A DNA stretch of 64,000 bases, taken from the NCBI GenBank assembly GCA_002104905.1, contig MCFE01000005.1:186001-250000 (forward strand), read 5' to 3'. The position numbers and the translations under genes are program-made. This DNA is from Basidiobolus meristosporus CBS 931.73 (lineage: Eukaryota > Fungi > Basidiobolomycota). The first letter of the stretch is position 1, and every line of letters starts with the position of its first letter. Of this stretch, positions 34,770-47,002 are shown one piece after another. Below the pieces are notes generated by a model. It searched no databases, was not told the DNA's origin, and saw nothing but the letters and a program-made list of their open reading frames with translations.

Positions 34770-37700
34770 TCAGGAAAGATTCTTGTCAACTCCATTAGTC
34801 TGCCTTCTCTTTGGGCAGATGCAAACCCTTTCAAGGTAGCTGGGATTTGCGGTAAGAACCTTCATGGCTAATAAGGCTGCTTCTTTTCTCGCCATTCGTA
34901 CCACCACGCCAGTACCGCTTGCCACCAAAGTATCGTGAATAAAGATTTCGCACTTCTGCGAGTTGAAACTTTCGTCCTTGATCGTGGCGTTTCTAGATGA
35001 TTCAAGAAGTGAATAAGCCTTCCGGACAAACCTGAAAATCGAGCAAACTCACCTTAGAGTTAACATCGTGCACCCCAGCTTCTGAACCATGATGGTCAGT
35101 TGGACCACCGGATGTATCTCTACTATATCCGGCCGGATATCCTTCTCAAGGATGGGCTTGATATGTTGCTCGAATATGGCTTGTACTGCGGACATCTCGA
35201 ATCCTGAATCAACAAACACTGCCCCGAAGAGAGACTCCATCAGATCTGCAACCGCTTTCGGTGGATTGAGTTTGAGCCAGTATTGGTGAGGCTGGTTTTG
35301 CTTGGTCTGCTGCATCTTCTCCATCTGATCTATGAACTCCATAAGGTTGGAGGATAACGCGCTTGATGAATGGATCAAATGCTGATGCAAACCAAGGGAA
35401 TGGGAAATGAACGAGAGGAAATTGTTGCTCACGGATGCCCCCTTGAGCTCGGTGATGTTAGCTGGTTTAAGGCCCGGATATCTTTCAAATAGGTAGCTGA
35501 CTACCAAAAAGTCCAACACCGCATCTCCAAGGAACTCCAGCCTTTGATAACATGAGGTGTTGGGGTTAGGACAAGATGGGTGAGTGAAAGCCTCATATAA
35601 AAGCCGTTTGTTCCGAAAGTTGTAGTTGATCGAGCTTTCAATTGCCTCGATGTCTAGATAAAGAAACTCGGCTTCATCACAGGTGGGACTAGGAGAAATG
35701 GCATTGTTTAGTGTAGCAAATTCTTTCCAATGCTTTATCTCTGGAAATGGTATCATCATCTTGATAGCACAATCTAGCGCAGACTCCACTCCTTGTGATA
35801 AGTAACAAGCTCCTAGACTAGCCTCCACAATGTCAGCCAACGTTTTGTCTGAAAGACTATGCTTAAAAGAGCGCCCCGATTCAAGAGGCTCATCTTCCAT
35901 GGTGAAGTTCGGCGGTAGCCAATGCTTTCTGTTGAACGGAGTTGAGGTTACGTATCTGTAAAGCTCCAACTTGACTGCATTACGGTACAGTGCAGAATTC
36001 GATATGCTTTTTATTCGTCGGATGTGTAATTGGCCTTCTTGCTTGAATGGAAGTATGAGATACATACGAATACTAACGCAGAGCTTGAGGAAAGAATCCC
36101 CAAGAATCTCGAGACGCTCGTAATTCGTATCCAAATTGGCTGACGGAATCGAAAATGCCTCCATGAATAGCATGTCGTCCACATCGAGATTTAGGTTTTC
36201 CTTTAACTCTCGCACCAACAGGATCGACTCGATTCGCGTTAGGACGGATGGAAGGAACATGGCAGCACGGTAGAGACTGGCCGAGATTGATAGCTTGCTT
36301 GCGAACTCCGGGATGATGTAGTTGTAAGAGGTTTGTTTGACCTTAGGTGTTGCAGTAATAATGGGACTGAGGAAATTCAATGCTTTGGGAACCTCTTCCA
36401 CTTCAAAAATTGGCTGTTTCCAGTCAATGATAGTTTTTTTACATTTCTTCTCGAAAAAGTCAGCAATGTGAGAGCACTCCGATGCTTCTATTGGGACACT
36501 TTGGCTGGGGGAAATTTTGGACTCTGGGGAAAGATCCCAACGGACACTCTTCAAGAAATAGCGCCTTTGGTAATCGTACTCGTCCACGATAATGATGTCG
36601 CGATCAACGTTGTGATTAATCGGTAGCAGTTCACTTGATGCACCTGTGTAAGCTTCATCCCAATCTATGCTTGAGGGGTCCGCTACGCTCGAAGGTGCAA
36701 TGAAATATTGAAAATCTGCTGAGGAATGCCATATTTTTTTGCGGACCAGAGACGAAAATAGATTTGATGTATACTTCGCTAAACACTCGATCTGGCCTTC
36801 ACTGAGCTTGACCGGCTCATTGTCGCAATTGATGTGCACGCATTGCGGGGCCCCTTTGACGTAAATATTGAAAGGTGGTACAGTGAGCGGCTTTCCCCGA
36901 GTGATAATACTGAAGGATCTTAACTCTTCACTTGAGGCATTATTTACCCTCACCACGGACTTGTAGAACAGACTATTGTTGCTCGATGGCTGATATATGC
37001 TCCAGAAATCGGAAGCTTTTCCGGGATAGTCCTGCCTAGATTTGCCAGATCCCTCGTTACCCTGAATCTCCTCATCATCACCCTCGTCGCCATCATCTAT
37101 ATTTTGGTTTGCTGGTAACAAACGATTATCCAAAGCCCCCAATTCGTGCAACCGAATGCAAGCCTTCAAAGCAGCCGATTGCTTTGCTAGTCGTTTCGAT
37201 GGGGAAAAATCGCCAGTAACCTCCTTGACTGGCGACTCCCGGGGTAGTATAAGCCTGCACACAAAGCCGTTTCCTTCACCAGATATTTGGAATATGGGCG
37301 TCGAGTTGGAGTATGAATCTTTCAGCAAAAGAGAGCAAAAGTAATGGATCAAGGCCACTGAAGAATTTAGAGAACAAACGGCCCCGGTCTCAGGACTAAC
37401 GTACATGGTTTGCCTAGACTCTATCTCAGCGGCACATGTCTCTGAGACTGTAATTTTAGCTTTTGAGTTCTCCAGACACCAGCTCTTCATCTCTTCCTCA
37501 GCCGTCCGTATCTCATAATATAGTTTTCCCTGTTTGACATTCCCCCTCTCCAACATAAGGATATATTTGGAGTTCTTCTGGCGTGCACGTCCGCGAGATT
37601 GAATATAGCTAGTGAGGTTGTGAAAGAAATCAAACCTACAAGGTCGGATTAATTGACATTAATCATTGGGATTGCATAATCTTACTGGCGAGTACCTTAT

Positions 37701-39200
37701 CACCAAATTGCATGGCTGGATATCTAAGCCCTCCTCTGCTACGCTGGTTGCAATGAGTAAGTTTAGCTCCCCACATCTAAAATCCTCGATGGTCTGATTC
37801 TGTTCTTTGAACTTCATTCGGATATCACCACGTTCAGAGTTACCATGACCAATAAGGATCCCAGGCCTCAAAAACCCAAACCCAGGGGTCTCACTAATCA
37901 ACCTGTTTAAAGCGTACGCCGTGAATCTTTTCTCAACGAAAATGATGCCGCAAAAGGTTTGAGGTGACTTCTCATAGAAACGCAAGAGTTCGATGAGCTT
38001 AAGCACCTTGGGCGACATGAACTCGGGAGATAATTTTAATTCATCACGCCGATGTGCCTCCAGAATCCTAAATGATTTCGTGATGACCAATTGCTCAAAC
38101 TCTGCTTTGATATTTGGGTTCATTTGTAGAGAACGGCCAAGCTTTTCTTGGGTAGTGGTTAACATATACTCCCATATCTGATCTGAGCACCAGGGGCCTA
38201 GCTCATGCAGCACCAGGTCTGCAACGCCAAACGCCTTCTCCAAAAGCTTGGTATTTAGATCCTCTTTAAACGACTGGTAGAGTGGTGTGTGTTCGTAATT
38301 AGGGGATTCGTTGTATTTTATAAAATACTCCTTGGGTCGACTAATGAAATTCTGTATCTCTGTTTCGTCAACCGTAATTATCGTGCTCGCTAAGTTCGCC
38401 TCCAAAGAACTACTCATACAACGGTTACCTTCGGAACAATGCCCCTTCTTACCAAAAAATAGAGATACCTTGCACTAAAGCTCACTCCCGTTTTGGAACT
38501 ATTGGGTGAGGCGGTCATTCCGAATATCCTGGGGCGCTCGTTTCGTGAGGAGCGATCGTAAAATTCTCTCATTATTAAGTTGTATGGATGTTGCTTTTTC
38601 GCATGGTGACATTCATCGAACACTAATAGATTTATCTGTGCAACAACAAAAAGCCGCAACCGGTAAGTAAGAGTGCGTGTCTTTTAGCTATAAGTACGTA
38701 AATACTTTTTTCATGGAAATGAAACCGTGTCGTAAGACATTCAGCAGCACCTGAGCAGTCATGACCATAACCTCAGTATCAAGAAATTCCTGCTTCCACT
38801 TCTCCGTATTCCAACTATCTGACTTTAACTCGCCGCAATATTGTTTTACTTTGACAGATAGATTGTCGGCCAGCACCGCTGCTTGCTGTGTCACCAACGG
38901 AACCAAATTCACCAAAAAAACCGTGATCCTTTTCTGTTGACTGGCATTACCAAACCAAGCTCATGGCGATTGCGCAAACTGCTAATAGAAAGCACTTACA
39001 TCTTCGTTTAGCCGACGATATTCTTGTTCTGTCTGAAGCATATGCTTTATGATTAATACTGATATCAGAGTTTTGCCTGTTCCCGTGTCAAGGACCGCAA
39101 TCACATTTCTGGACAAAGCCCCTTGAAATATATCGAGTTGGTACTGGCGTGGCTTGAAGACGAGCCCATCTTGAGACGTGGCGACTTCCTCTGAAGACAT
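34770..39200 (-). CDS. dcl: Dicer-like RNase III, multi-exon
   Basis: Helicase motifs 'DTGTGKT', 'DECHH', 'GMTAS', 'TSVAEEGLD', 'YIQSRGRAR'; a dimerisation-like domain; two RNase III signatures '[12 protein letters not shown]' and '[12 protein letters not shown]'; a final dsRBD-like exon ending at TGA 34770-34772. The start codon is inferred. Confidence 0.93.
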
Positions 39201-39523
39201 GCCAACTTGAGAAGTCACCAATATCGTAAGTTGGGCATTGACAAGGGTTGAAGCAGCCAATATAGCTAATATCAACACAATCACTGATTGTTAATTCAGA
39301 CGATATCTTTGATGGAGAAACATACAATCAGAGAGATAAATTAATCATCTTTTGACATGCATTGAAGGACAAAGAGTGCATGTAGCCATGAATTGGTAGT
39401 TTGTTCGATTGAAATTGAATCTCGATATGCAAGATCCAGGCTATTTTTTTACTTTTTTTCAAATGCCTAAGTTTCTCTACATATCCAAACTACCCAAGCT
39501 CCGCTGGTAAAGTGAGGGAAATC

Positions 39524-40339
39524 ATGTCAGGTGCCAAAACGCAAACAGTAGATTTGGAGGATCTTCCTTTACAATCACTTCAGCAAGTCAAGAGCCAGCT
39601 TGAGGAGGTATCTGCAACTATCTCGGTCGTCCGTGCTCTCACCTTCATCTTTTAACCAACCACCTGATTGTCGTAACCAAAAGGAACTTTCCCAACTTAC
39701 CTCTTCGTACTCGCAACTCAAGCAAGCCCAATCCACATTCAGAGATTGTAAGGAGTGTGTAGAAACCTTGAAGCCTGAAAACTCGGGTACGACAATTACC
39801 AGCGAACGATGCCCCCGATCGGGACTAATTCTCTCATTACAACAGGAAAAACCATCCTCATCCCCTTGACCAACTCTATATCCTTTTTTACTGATAATTA
39901 GGAGAGCGGGATTCTCTATCTCCATATAGGGTTTATTATTCACCTTAATTCGCAACTTACCTCTATGTTCCAGGAACTCTCGGAAATGTTTCAAACGTAA
40001 TTATCGATGTGGGAACTGGATACTACGTTGAGAAGGTAGGCATCAACCCGAAATGAATCCCTTCACACACCACGGCTCATATGTTTGATTCTTTCAGTCC
40101 ACCCAAGATGCCCATAGCTTCTATCAGGGCAAGGTTGATTACCTCCAAAACAACCTCGACAAACTCCAGGAAACCGTCACAGGCAAACAAAACAACCTGC
40201 GAGGTATTGTCATCTAATCCAGCCCACTCAGGCCTAGCATTCACATCCTTTTCCTTTTTCTTTCACAGTGCTTGTTGATGTCATGAATTCCAAAATATCC
40301 AAGCTTCAAGCCGAAAAGGAAGCTACCAAATCCTCTTGA
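39524..40339 (+). CDS. PFDN5: Prefoldin subunit 5 (alpha), 6 exons including one AT-AC intron
   Basis: Spliced product includes 'TILIPLTNSLYVPG...IIDVGTGYYVEK'. Introns start at ~39608, 39788, 39878 (U12), 40036 and ~40205. Confidence 0.9.
39878..39960 (+). other. U12-type (minor spliceosome) AT-AC intron
   Basis: 5' ATATCCTTT, branch-like ACCTTAAT at 39942-39949, 3' AC. Removal restores TNS|LYVPG. Confidence 0.9.
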
Positions 40340-40665
40340 GAATTTATTAGCATGGAATAAACAATTCAGTTCAAACCAGATTCCACCCATTTTGTTAGCA
40401 TTTTAAGCAAGAAAACAAACCAGGCTTAGGATTCCAATGGCCGAGAAAAATCATTTCGATCACTGTGGCATGGGGCCAATCAGGAATCCCGATGCCGCTC
40501 CCCCTTGCAAAACGAAGGGAATCAACGGATTCCGAATGGAAAGGAATTTTTTTTTCGGAAATCTAGCCATAGGGGTGGAATAAAGTACACGACGTTGTTG
40601 AGAGATTTCTTCCTCTTTTCCTAGTTTTTGAGTTCCTTCGTGGTTCAAGGTTTGAGACAAGAAAA

Positions 40666-41132
40666 ATGGTTAGTAGTGTTCATCGATATAGATTCCCCAT
40701 GCATCCTTCCCAACTAACCTCCTCTCTACCATCCAGGCCGACGCCACCGTTACTATTCGTACTCGCAAATTCTTGACCAACCGACTCTTGCAACGCAAGC
40801 AGTTCGTTGTTGACATCTTGCACCCTGGTAAGGCCAACATCAGCAAGGATGAGCTCCGCGAGAAGCTCGCCAAGATGTACAAATCCGATAAGGAGAACGT
40901 CTTCTGCTTCGGTTTCCGTACCGTTTTCGGTGGAGGTAAATCTACCGGCTTCGCTTTGATCTACGACTCCTTGGACTCCGCCAAGAAGTTCGAGCCTAAG
41001 TACCGCCTTGTTCGTCACGGCCTTGGCGAGCACGGTATCACCTCCCGTAAGCAACGTAAGGAACGTAAGAACCGTCTCAAGAAGTTCCGTGGTACCGCCA
41101 AGACCAAGGGACCTAAGACCAAGTCTGAATAA
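40666..41132 (+). CDS. RPS24: 40S ribosomal protein S24 (eS24); the first exon is ATG only
   Basis: ATG, intron 40669-40736 (GTTAGT...CTAAC...CAG), then '[22 protein letters not shown]...[20 protein letters not shown]'. Confidence 0.95.
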
Positions 41133-41288
41133 ATGTTTCCTTGATGACCAATGGGGACTCTTCCATGTTGAAGTATTATTAATCACGCGGAACCATTGTT
41201 TGTTCATACTTTACTCAAAAATAAATTGTCAAGTAACCATCAACCGGTGTTGCTCTAATTGTTTGTTCTTTATTTGACAGTAAAATGA

Positions 41289-42858
41289 TCACTCTTGACT
41301 AGCATTGAAAAGGATGCACCTCATGAGCTCCGCGATCACCCAGACGTTTAGGCTGTTTCCTAGCAGTCGGTAGCGTTGCTTGGTGCTAATGGATTCGGGA
41401 AACTCGAGGAGGGGTGGTTGGGTGCAGGGGGAAAATGGTCTGGGTGCACTGTTGCTGTCTGCTGGTGTCTTGCTATCATCTGAACACTGTACTGGGAACG
41501 CGTGTAACTTGGCAATCTCCAGAGGACTAAAGAATCGCAGCCCAAGGTCTAGTAAGCTCGCGGGGTTTTCCCAATCATAGTCCGTGAACTGCAGGAGGGA
41601 ATGATTAGTACGTGTCGAAGCATATGGGAGATCGAGAAAAATTACTTGTAATTTTCTGGTCTGTAGCAAGGAGCCACTTCGATACACATGTCGACTTCCA
41701 TAGCCCTAGAGGGATTGTCATTTAGGAACAGTGGTGGTGAGGTGGGTCCCAATATACATTACTTTTGTGAAACATGAGCACCGCACATCACTGGGCCGGA
41801 CAATGTCAAATCGGAAGGAGGCCGTTTTTGTTATGTACTTCTCGGGCACTTGGTATGTTTGCCAGAGATCTCCCATCCTCCAGGTAGCTCTCTAATGTGG
41901 GTAGTTCGAATAGGTAGTCCTCTGTGTTGAGTTCCGAAAAGGCGCCGCTCAACCGTAGCTGGTTTTTTTCCTTCTCCTCAGTGAAGGGCCATGTGGTGAA
42001 GATCTGACAGGTGTCTATGTATTTTTCTTTGTCGGAGTCGATCTTTGCCGACGAGGGCTTTCGACGGGCCATCAAGTAGTACCGGAGTCGATCATTTGGG
42101 ATGCCGAATTGGAGAGGAGTCAACAAGCATTCGTGGATTTCATAATCCAGGTCGTCGAGACAGTTGACTAGTCGTTCTCTGGAACGGGAATACTCGAAAT
42201 TTTTCACGTTCTCGAGAAACAGATATTTGGGTGGGCAGTCCAGCTCGGGGAGTAGATCGATCAAATGCAGAAGCCCCTTGGCGCGCTCGTCCTGGTCGTC
42301 GAGTGATTTCCGCCTCGCGTATAGGGCTTGATATCGAGAAGGTTACTACATCGAACAATACTGAAGTTCACGCAAATCTAAACCGACAGTACCTGACAAG
42401 GAGGACTCAACAGCCAACAGTTCGCCTGGTACCTGTCGAATATTGTTAGAAGGGCTCCGACTTCGTTTGGAAAATCTCTCGAACGAGCCTTACTTTTGGA
42501 TGTCAGCTACACTTAAAAATTCAATTCCTCTCTGTATGGCGGTAAAAGGGAATGTTACTGAAACTGGGCCGCAAAAAAGGCAGGTGAACATTGACGTGTA
42601 CTGTAACAGGGGCCTTCTTGAAGTTGTATAGGTAAACTTCATTCGCCACTTCGTTCATATCAAAACTAGCCACCACCTCGCCAGAACCACCAGCAGCAAT
42701 GAATGCATAATGCTAATAACAAATATACAAACCATTAGCATTGTCATATAGGCATCATGTAAGAGAGACTTTTGAGATTTCAATCCAATGAGTCTCCGAC
42801 ATACCAGTCCACCGATTCCGCTAAAAAACTCCAAGCATCTGACTTCGTCTTGCGCCAT
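41289..42858 (-). pseudogene. DNMT2: DNMT2/TRDMT1 tRNA C38 methyltransferase with two apparent frameshifts (pseudogene or assembly error)
   Basis: 'LEFFSGIGGL', 'SPPCQPYTR', 'ENV', 'PNDRLRYY', signature 'CFTKGY', 'LLGNSLN'. Frame breaks at 42307-42309 and 41872-41874. Confidence 0.85.
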
Positions 42859-43082
42859 TTCTAGCTTGACTTGAGCGTTTATTTTGACAGGATTACCAGC
42901 GGCGACCTCTACCGGGAAAATTCATCGAGTAAGAAAAAAATCAATTTCGATCCGTTGCACCTTGGTTCACCGAACGCACAAATTTCCAAGCGATGGGCCA
43001 ATTTATCAAAAATTCCCTAAAATGACATCTATGCAATTTGAAGGCTTTGTCAAGTTCGCTTTGCGTTTGGATACATATACAC

Positions 43083-44537
43083 ATGAGTTCTTTTAAGAAG
43101 CGCACTTCTGTAAACCAACCAAAACTCCCACCAGGGTCTAGACTAAGTGCGCACAACGGGCAGCTTCTAACCTCTACGGGGGTTCCCTCGTTCGACGATG
43201 TTCTTGGCGGAGGTCTACCCATCGGGTCGGTCCTAATGATCAAGGAAGACAAGCACACTGATTATGCGCAAGTACTTCTCAAGTATTTTTTGGCCCAGGG
43301 AATCGCCTCGAAACGCGCCATTCTCCTCGCTTCGGCAGACGAAGACCCGAAGAAATTCGTGGATTCCTTGCCTGATTTCGGCGGGGACAAAACCGAAGAG
43401 AAAGAGCCAAAAGAGAAAGAGGCCTCGGAAGGACAAGACGAGAAAATGACCATCGCTTGGAGATACCAGAGCTTGCCGAAATTGAACGTCTCCGCGGCTG
43501 GCCTGTCAAGCTTTAAAAAATCAGGTACTGCTCTTGCAACCATCTAGGTGTCCAGACCGTGACTCAAAAAGGGCATGTCTTTTACCTATTTAGCGATGCC
43601 TTCTGTCGGAGAGGCTGCTTCTGTTTATTGTCACTCGTTCGATCTGACTAAACGCATGTCAGAGTTGAGCATCGAGTCCGCCTCGAAGCATCTGATCAAT
43701 ATGGATGATTGGGAAGAGGAGGATGATTGCACCAAGTTGATCGAAGAGATTCGCGCCCAAATCGAACGTGAATTTAGGTTAGAGATGTGCCACTGACCAC
43801 TGCACCGGCTGACAGGACTAATGCCTTTAAATCAAAGCCCATCCTCTACCTCCCCGTCTGGGACCAGAAACATCTTGAGAATTGGGGTTCATTCGTTTGC
43901 ATCCATGTTTTGGAAGCGTAGAAACGAGCAGGTTTGGGTGAGCTTGGTATATCCTCTGTCGGCTCAGGACTGACCGCACAATCTAGGACATGTTCCGATT
44001 TTTGCACGCGCTACGCGGACTCCTTCGATTCTCGTTTGGTGTATGCGTTTTGACTGTACCGGCCCATCTGTACGGCGCTGAATCCGGGTTCATTCGCAAG
44101 CTCGAGCATATGTGCGACGCTGTTGTCGAGATTGAGTCATTTGCCGGTGGGTTGTTGCACCATATCGACCTGTCAATTGTTGACTAATCCCAATCCATCC
44201 CTTAGGATCAGAGAAGCTAGCCGACTTTTCGTCTGACTACCACGGCTTCTTCCATGTCCGCAAACTTCCGGTTCTCAACACGATTGTCTCCTCGTCGGTT
44301 AAACTCTCCGTTCTCCAGTCGTCGCACTCAACTACCAACAACCTCGCCTTCAAGCTTCGTCGCAAGCGGTTTACCATCGAGACCTTCCATCTCCCAATTG
44401 AAGGGGGAGTTGGTGAGCGTCGAACTAGCTCCAAGCCAGACGAAGATCAGAAGAAGAAGGAGCCTTCGACGTTCAAGAAAGGGCCAAAGGTCGGCTGTGG
44501 ATCCATGGCAGGAAAGAAGGACCCTCTTGAGTTTTGA
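43083..44537 (+). CDS. ELP4: Elongator complex subunit 4, spliced
   Basis: 'STGVPSFDDVLGGGLP.GS..IKED', 'IAWRYQ', 'YCHSFDLTK', 'FKLRRKRFTIETFHLP', C-terminal 'KDPLEF'. Confidence 0.9.
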
Positions 44538-44801
44538 ATGGATCTGTCCATTATATATGTATATGTTTTAAGATGGTTAATAAATCGCAGCATGTTTAGA
44601 CCTTTCGCAAATTTTCCCTCTTTATCAGCCGCATCAAATTCCCAGTCACGTATTTGCATGCGTGATCAATGTAGTGTGGATGGAGGTCGTGGTGGGTAAA
44701 TAGTGACAAAAATTTTTAGCTCGAATTCCTACCCAAAATCCTAGAGCCCAAATAACTTGCTCCGAAATATTTTGCTCTTCCTCCAGCGAGGAAACCCCAC
44801 C

Positions 44802-47002
44802 ATGTCTCTCCTAATATTTCAACTTCGGCGTCATGCATTCCTACAGCTGAACCGCTATCCGATATACCAAACCTCCATGTTGAGCAAACGCCTGCCTCGG
44901 AGTCTGGTTTGTGGTTTCCCCCTTTGCCCCTCGCCCCACCCTCATACTAATTCTGTTGTCTCTTCGAAAAGTGCGCTACGCGGCTAATTCCCGCTGTTGC
45001 CCCCGCAAATAATTTCAATACGCTTCAGACGCCAATTGCCAAATCTCACGAGCTCAACGCTCTGGAGGAGGCTCTACTCGACAAAAATGCGGATAAATCA
45101 TGGCACCTGTTCCAGGTCATTTTGGAGAAAGAATTGGGGCCCTCACTCACCCCCCACCATTTCGCTACATTGCTTCAAGTAGTGGCAGTTAGCGAGAGCG
45201 ATAAGCAGTTAAGTCAGAGTCGCGGCGCGAAAATTCTAAAGGCTCTCCAACAAACCGGACAACAATTCAACGAGGCAGAGGACTACAGTGTATTATTCTC
45301 GTACTATAGCAAGAACAAGCTATACGAGCAGGTCAAAAGTGCTTTCCATCGACTCGCCACGGAATCGGAGGGGGCCTATGATATCGGGGTGTATAATGCC
45401 GCCATCGAGGCATTTGGTAGAGATGATCCCCAACGCTCATTCGACCTGTACAAGGGGATAGTTGAAAAGAGCATAGAGCCTAATTTCGAGACATACAAGA
45501 TCCTTCTGAAGGTGTGCGGCCGTCATAACCTTATGAAGCTGTATTCGAAAATCCACGACGAGATGTTACAAAAAGGATTTATACCCGACGAAGCAATCTA
45601 CAACACCCTCATCACAAATTTCGCCGCCAACCATGACATCCATGACGCCTTGAGGGTTTACGATGGCATGTTGGCGCAGCGAAAAATCTTCTCGAAGCAT
45701 CGGATGCCGCCCACCATGGACTACAATATCCTCATCAATGCACACGTCAAAAACGCCGATATGCCGAACGCAATGGATATTTTTAGAGAAATGTTGTCCC
45801 ACAACATCAAGCCTAGCACTGTCACCTATAGCATCCTGATCAAGGGATATGTCCAGAGCTCGAATCTCGACGCGGCTACGAAGCTCTTCAACGACATGCT
45901 TGCCCAGGGCATTCCACCGGTCACCGTGATATACAACACCCTTATTCGAGGCTATGTCAAAAGCTCGCACATAGACAAAGCCCTGGAGCTCTACGAAAGC
46001 ATGCGTGCCCGTAACGTACTCACAAACGTAGTCACATATACCGACTTAATATATGGTCTGGCTAAGACTCACAACATGGAGGTTGCCACCAACTTGTACG
46101 CGGAAATGATCCAGCTCGGTGTCACCCCTGATGAGTGGGTGTATGCCAATCTCATCGATGGCTACGCCAACATCTTCGACGACAAACGAGCACTTGCTTT
46201 GTATGAGGATATGAAGTCTCAAGGGATTCAACTGAACACAGTGGTCTTTAACAACCTGATAAAGGCCTGTGTGAAGCGAAACAATGTCACCGAGGGATTT
46301 CGTCTGTATAAAGATATGAGAGACCTGTCCCTTCCACCAGACGCGGTGACTTATTCCCTTTTAATCGACGGCCTAGTCAGACGCTCACAAATAGCCCGTG
46401 CTGTGCGATTACTGAAGGACATGAAGGCGTATGGGATCAAGCCAAACAGTGTGCCCTACAACATCTTAATGAATGGCTACCTGCGCAAGGGGAAAGCCCA
46501 ACCCATGTTCAAGCTGTATGACGAAATGATCCACGACGGAGTGACCCCCGACGCATACACCTTGACCGCACTCTTGAAAGGCTGTAGCATAGAGCAGGAT
46601 TCCAAACGCATGGTGTCATTGTGGAACGAGTTCAAGGAAAACATCCCGTACAAGGAAGATCTTAGCTATGGAGCCACCGTTATCTTAGAGTCATTTGCAA
46701 CATTCAACCAGGATCTCGATGAGCTACGGGCTATCTGGAGATCCTTCAAAGTGGACAAAATCCCGTTGGCGGAGATCCAAGTGGATAAGTACATCAAAGC
46801 ACTGCTCCATCACAAAGCGTATCGGGAGGCAGCGGAGATCTACATGCGCGAGATAATCGACTTGGACATAACGCCCACGTCGAGAAAGGGCCCCGTTCTA
46901 GAGTTGGCCAAGCAGCTGCACCGAGCCAAGGACACAGAGACTCTCCAGAAATTCAAAGCCTTCATGAAACATCGCCACCCATCACTCAATCTTCAGGTCT
47001 AA
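44802..47002 (+). CDS. Pentatricopeptide repeat protein, probably mitochondrial
   Basis: More than 10 tandem 35-aa repeats (e.g. 'VTYSILIKGYVQSSNLDAATKLFNDML') and an R/L/S-rich N-terminus. One intron at ~44906-44970. Confidence 0.88.
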
